A DNA stretch of 64,000 bases from Octopus vulgaris. Lineage: Eukaryota. The notes beneath the pieces were generated by a model. The model saw only the letters and a list, made by a program, of their open reading frames with translations, was not told the origin of the DNA and made no database searches. Below are positions 57,694-64,000 of the stretch, piece by piece (position 1 is the stretch's first letter; every line of letters starts with the position of its first letter). Where the stretch lies: the NCBI GenBank assembly GCA_951406725.2, contig OX597825.1:2418001-2482000 (forward strand). Direction: 5' to 3'. The position numbers and the translations under genes are program-made.

Positions 57694-58849
57694 TTATATA
57701 TATTAGTGAGATATTTTTATTGACATTTAAGAATTAATCATAGCAGAAAATGCATCAAGCAGTGTCACATTTGCAGAACTTCAGCGACTTTGTAGTAGAA
57801 TATTGAAGCATTTTTTGTCCCTATAATTCGCTGGAACTACGTGATATCAAATATCCACCAAATGCTTCAATCCAATGCAGCAAGGTTGTTAAATTCAATT
57901 CTATATTATTTTTTCATACCTTCCATGAAAAATACCATTTTCTCTTCTGTAACCTGAATTTTCTTCCAAAAGAAATTCTTAAATGTTTAAAGAAAATAAA
58001 AATATTTCAGATTATCAACTGTGAGTCTTCGTCAGAATCGTATTTCTTTTTTCTATCACGTGTTACAAAATTTATTCTTAAACTTTTGTAATTATGAGTT
58101 GTGAAAGAAATTTTGTATTGTGGTTTCTGTGTTTCAAGAACAATATGTATATATGTATATATTCTATCTCTAAAAATAATGATCTTATCTTTATATAAAG
58201 TAAATGCGTAGAACAATTTGGAACAAGTTCAATTGTTGAAGAATCTACTTTCTCATTAAAATTGAGAAAATGACCTCCAGGTTCAAAGTCCCGCTATAAA
58301 GTTGATTATCAGAAATAAATAGAATCTAGCACTGATGTTTTATGAGGAATTTAAAACGTAAGAAAACGCTAACAAGTAAAACAAATAATATCAAATAAAC
58401 GAATCTCGAGAGGTTATTCTTTATTCAGGCAGAATGAAACAACTACAAAATGGCGGCAAAATAAACATATATCCGTAAATAAAACTTAGAAAACAAAATA
58501 TTGCGCAGAATAACTTTTAACCTCTAAATAAAAAAAGAACAAAAAAACATCTAATACATTTAAGATATTGAATGACAAGAATAAATATGAAAGATTTAAC
58601 AAGGAAATTCTATTCCTTGTTCTTTATTCACTTCAAAATACTGTCGTTTCCACATGTCACCTCGTCTCTTCACCATCAGTGTGATTATGTCATCTACAGT
58701 TACTTCGAAACAGCCACATGTCCTACGTGTCATTTGTTGTTAATATGTGATTATGACACACATATTGCCACTTGAAAGATAAATCGGTAAACTCCAATTC
58801 GAAATATTTTGAATCTACAAGGTGACGATCGTTACCACACCGGACAAAG

Positions 58850-59030
58850 TACTTAATGGCTTATATTCCAACTTTACAATCTGAGTCGAAATGCAAACGG
58901 TTTCTATTCTAGCCTTCATCATTTCATGGTTGATGAAATAAGAAATGCCAATTGAGTCCTGAGGCAGATATAATCGACTTATCACCCCTTCCAAAATTGC
59001 TGGCCTTGCACTAAATCTTGAAATTAATGT
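58850..59030 (+). mobile_element. Decayed SINE of the second family
   Basis: ctgagtcgaaat...gccttcatcatttcatggttgatgaaataag...taatcgacttatcaccccttccaaaattgctggccttg, similar to 29790-29960. Confidence 0.6.
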
Positions 59031-59519
59031 TTCGAGCCTTGGAGTGTTCTTTATAGTGATCGTTACGCCTACCGGAGATTACATAACGAAAATAGCTCTC
59101 AATTCATACCCTTCATGCGTAAACACCACTGGATGCTTTATACATTATAGTTGCTGATGCACAATGTCTGAATACAAAATAGAGGATGGCCAAGGCTGAA
59201 GCGACTTTGGTCATAAATGCACTCAATCAGAGCTGTGCTGAGTTCCAACAAAATTAAGACTACTTTAGCAAGTTCGAACGAGGAGCCCTTTACTAGTCTC
59301 CGTGTTTAAAATATAATAGAATTCCTCAAAACAATGGCAACGCAATTGCATACTATTCCTGGTGACTTGACCTGATAAATATGGCAAGTAAGCACAGCAC
59401 AACTAACTTTTATTCAATAAGCGAAAGTCATGAACACAACAGGGAACAAATTTGATTATGTATAGGTTTCATGGGAGCTGACCTGCTGCAAGAGAAAAGC
59501 AAGAACGGCAGCAACTGAT

Positions 59520-59820
<301 letters not shown>

Positions 59821-60030
59821 ACTGAATGAAAAGTGAGTCTGTTCTGCTGTCCTTAATTTTTGTTAGAAATAACAGTTACATGTATTTCGAATCATGTTAT
59901 AATGCAATGAAAGTGACATATTACATGACGTTGAAAAAGATAACAGTTACGTAGGATAAAATTTCGTAGACTATAAAATCACCTGCGCTTTAGAGAAGGC
60001 CGTCCTTCCTCAAACATTGCTGCAGTCATC

Positions 60031-60082
<52 letters not shown>

Positions 60083-60087
<5 letters not shown>

Positions 60088-60275
60088 TAATCCAAACAAG
60101 AAAACACAGAAAAAAGAGAAAAAAAGAGAAAAAACACAGCAACGCAGGACGTGGAACAATTAAAGTATTATTGACGCTCAGGAAAGAAGGGAAGGAGGGT
60201 TTAACGTTTCGAGCGGAGCTCTTCGTCGGAAACAAGGAGAAGGAAAGATCCCAAGGAGGGAAGACAGAGGAGACA
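60083..60275 (-). mobile_element. Short PLE-like element (family A) with intact hammerhead-like motif at 60199-60233
   Basis: Minus strand gttt-CCGACGA-a-gagc(tcc)gctc-GAAA-cgtt-aaac with perfect stem I gttt/aaac; 3' end abuts (TA)n. Confidence 0.78.
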
Positions 60276-61624
60276 ATATTTGAGCTGGTGGTGCTTAAGG
60301 GATCACATATATATATGCCATTTCTATCGAGTCAAGACCCGCGAAAATAATCCGTAGTTAGTTCAAAATTGCGAAACATAGATAACTAATTGTTGCATGG
60401 TGTTTAGTTTCGATACAGGTCTATATTGTTGTCCAACTCCCAGTTATCACCAGATGAACAGCTTAATGTAAGTGGAATTTTAGCAATGATCCAATATTTT
60501 CCTCCGTATATGTAGGACTATCATAATCGAGTGTGTCTTTTATAAAGAAGTTAACGTGTGATCTAAAAGGGATTCGACTGCTGATGCTAGCAAATAGCCT
60601 CTCATCTTGGGCTGTGAGTGGGAGACTGGTGAGGTGAGGTAATCCGGTGGCATCTACATAGAAATGTAAGGCTGCCTGTTAAGAGTCGCCTCTCTTGTGT
60701 TTAAATGTCCACTAATTTTATATAGAAATGTATGAGTATGAACGTAGCAGTGTAAATGCTTAGTGTATATAGGAAAGTTATATAAGAAAGTATAAGCGCA
60801 TTAGAAATATTGAGATATAGATCGGATGTAATCCTGTAAATGTTCTGTATAATGGAGTGTTGTAAGGAAACTTCTGATCCAAGGTATGCATCTGCAGGAC
60901 AGGTAAATTAAATAGGAAATCGTCGTGCTTGATATGGTTGACGGCTTTACTAATACTATAAGAAAGAGTATTGATTTAATGTCTTAATATCAGAGATGAA
61001 TTGTGTAAGAAATTCATAATATTTTCGAATAGGAACTTTAAATTCTAAGATGAAAGAGTTTCCAATATTTATATCTATTCGATGTTTCTATCAAATGTGA
61101 CCTCCGATCAGCATCCAATGTTTTATTCATAGATGTAACCACAGTTTCTAAATTAACTGTCATAACATCCTCTGTTCACTTGTTCAAACCACAGCACATC
61201 CTCATCCTAACTCAGATGTGCCTAGGTTGGGATAAAGGATAATACAACGATATTTTAAATACGTAAAATCTACAACTACAAATACTGGAAGATGCAATAA
61301 TTTCTTCGTTTATCTTTATAAGGGTGCAACTATTTTTATCCCGACCAGCACAACTCAGCCGCTGTTGTTGACTGTTTTATTTACTTAAATCTACGGCTTT
61401 GAATCTATCCAGAGTCAGCTCTCTTCGGTATTTCTCATTGAAGAAGGTCGAAGAGCCAGAAATGCTGCGTCTGAGAATCTGATAGAGGGCAACACTGGTC
61501 AGATATGGTATTTTTACAACTATTTATCAAAAGAAAGATTTTTTTCCATTGTAGTTGCAGAGAATTTGCTCTTAGAAGTTGAAACATGTCGCAAATATAT
61601 TTTAAGTAACCTAAAATTCGTGTA

Positions 61625-61915
61625 CGTTTTATCTTTTACTTGTTCCAGTCATTAGACTGCGCCCATGCTGGTGCACGACCTTGAAGAAATTCAGTCGGAT
61701 TCATCGACTACAGTACTTCTTTTTTGGGGGGATAACAATGTATCGCCTTCTACGTATTCTATATATATATATATATATATATTCTCTACGAAATCCACTC
61801 ACAAGTCTATGGTCAGTCTGAGACTATAGTAGAAAACAAGGTGTTACGTAATGGGACTGAACCCGGAACCATGTAGTTGGTAATCAAAATTCTTGCCACA
61901 TGCCAATGCCGGCCT
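61625..61915 (-). mobile_element. Decayed SINE, near full length
   Basis: cttttacttgttccagtcattagactgcgcccatgctgg (tail) through gggactgaacccggaaccatg (B box), in reverse orientation to 43461-43885. Confidence 0.8.
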
Positions 61916-61949
61916 CTATGTTTATAAACTCTTGTATATAATTCAAATG

Positions 61950-62400
61950 GAATAGAGTAATAAATTTGAAATATTGGTAACGTTGTGTAGTTTTAATTTC
62001 AAGAGGGACCGATCTTCATTTTCATCCTCAGCATTACAATCTACACCAGCGTAGACCTGTTGAACAACGCTTGGGGTTCGCGAATGAATCCCAAAAGATC
62101 TTAAACTGTTTAATAATCGATTGCTTTCTGCTTTTTTCATTCTTTAAAATTTTGACAAACTTTACCAAAATGGTATTGCTTCTTCTAAAGTGCTCTTGCA
62201 CTATGGCCGTGATTATATCAAATATCAAAAGATATTTTAGCGTTAATATCCGAATGAATATTGCTTTTGCCAATATTTTCCATGATTAAATACTATGTCA
62301 GGTGACATCGGCGCGAAGGCTTGTTGCAGAAATATTTCTACAAATCCTGCGCTGGTAATAAATGAGGAAATAATTGAAAGTAAATGAGTGTGATGAAAAA
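61950..62400 (-). mobile_element. Decayed RTE-like RT remnant
   Basis: RLLNSLRSFGIHSRTPSVVQQVY resembles the LINE RT segment LW..L...GIP......I..LY; upstream residues loosely resemble the GK.....I and FVDF.KA regions. Confidence 0.45.
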
Positions 62401-64000
62401 TGGTTTTTTATTTTAGATACTCATGTTTGAGGTGTTACACATGATGGTAAATGGTGAATTAGATACGTTAGATCCATTACAAAAGAGAAATAAGGCAGTG
62501 CTTGTTAGAGAAAATAATACTAGTTCTGTTGTACATTCTTCCACAATAGGGGAGGTAGTGTTATAAGAACTGATCACCCTTCTTCATTAGAGCGATACGT
62601 CTGCACTTAAATCAGTCCTTTGTGTTGTGGGAAAGGAAATTGTTGAGAAAGTGGCAATTTAGAGATGCTGGAATGAGTACCGCCAGCAAACGATAGTTTT
62701 AATTTCAGGAATAAAATACAAGGAGCGAACTTTGCACTTAATCACCCAAGTTTTTGATTGCAAGTAACATGCGTTCAAGGGAGTTATTCGATTCAATTTA
62801 ATTTCAATGATTATTCACGAAACATGTTATCCTTTCATCCAACGATTATTTACAAGAAAATACACGCTACGCTTTATTTTCATGCTGTAAATTTCAAATG
62901 CTATTGTAAAGCTATTTCCTTATTACGTCGTTCTATTCAGAGCATGATAAACAGTCAATTATGCATTGATTTTGAATGTGCTAAAGCCTTACTCTCATAT
63001 ATTATTGCACATTAATGTTTGCGATAGGAAAGTTTGGTGCATTCCTCATCTTATAATTAGTTTTCTTAAAAGGAAGGAACCAAAACTGAAGTCTAATAAA
63101 TATAAAGGTTTGTCATACATTTTCTTTGCACGAAAGGAATGCTTGGTTTCCATAGCAGAACAATACCAGTATCATTTACATTTTCCAATTATTCTTCCGT
63201 CCTATTTTAGCTCTAGAATTTATTTAGAATGGTTTACAACATCTTGGTTTGTTATTTATGAGTTTCTTTTCAATGCAATGCAAATTATATTAATCTACTC
63301 CGTAGCAGATTTTGACTAAGCTATTTATTTTATTTGGTTATTTTTTCAACTTGCCAAATAAAATTCATACCTGGATATAATTTTAAAATGCTGTTTCAAA
63401 AAGATGTATTGTTCAAGATAGAGGGGTTGTTGGAATAACTAAAATTCCTGAATAATATATTTCATACGAGAAGTAAGGCTCTGCCTGGGACTAGGATTAG
63501 AACAGCTTTTGTGGGTTAATGATAAGGAAAGTATTTTATTTTGTTTTTAATACTGATTTTTATGCAAAATTCATATCTTGTACAGTAAGCTAGTCATTCA
63601 ACTTTGAAATGACAGATCAGCTTCGTAAGACTCAGAAGAATATTTACTTCAGATTAACACTTTCACACATCATTGATGAGTTGCAGTGGTGTTTATTTAA
63701 TGAAGCTGTTATTTATACCTAATCATATCTATACCTCATCCTAAGAATTTTTGGTAAATTTTCCAGCGTCTTATATATGCTATTACATAAACTAAATTAT
63801 CTTGCAATAAAAAAATATACTGAAGAAATCTATTAAGTTTCTATGAATTCGAATTCATCGAATTCAGTAAGAACGATTTATAGTCAGTTTTCAGCGTTAG
63901 GTAAATTGATAAAATTTTTTACAAGAATAAAACTGCAGAGAACGTAATGCAGTGAGAGCAACTGGATGACGCATCAATGATTAAAGCGCAAAACACGAGG

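Noticed and set aside
60560-61100. Possible decayed L2-like LINE on the minus strand
   Set aside because: Only a vague resemblance (WIRSFL-like peptide); too weak to call without an HMM search.

Overview
This is AT-rich, repeat-dense eukaryotic (animal) DNA. The SINE family and microsatellite landscape suggest a cephalopod such as Octopus, which is an inference from pattern recognition. I found no credible host protein-coding gene: nearly all supplied ORFs are translations of microsatellites. The window holds tRNA-derived SINEs, decayed LINE fragments (CR1/L2-like, RTE), decayed DNA transposases (mariner, probable hAT and MULE), MITEs/foldbacks, many microsatellites, one 100-N gap and a region that looks like a noisy assembly duplication. 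The most notable signal is a dispersed set of short non-coding elements, mostly next to (TA)n or (CA)n tracts, that carry minimal type I hammerhead-ribozyme-like motifs resembling Penelope-like element (PLE) terminal repeats or retrozymes. They fall into several sequence families with recurrent non-canonical cores (CCGANGA, UUGAAAA). Two of them are near-perfect palindromes with one motif on each strand.
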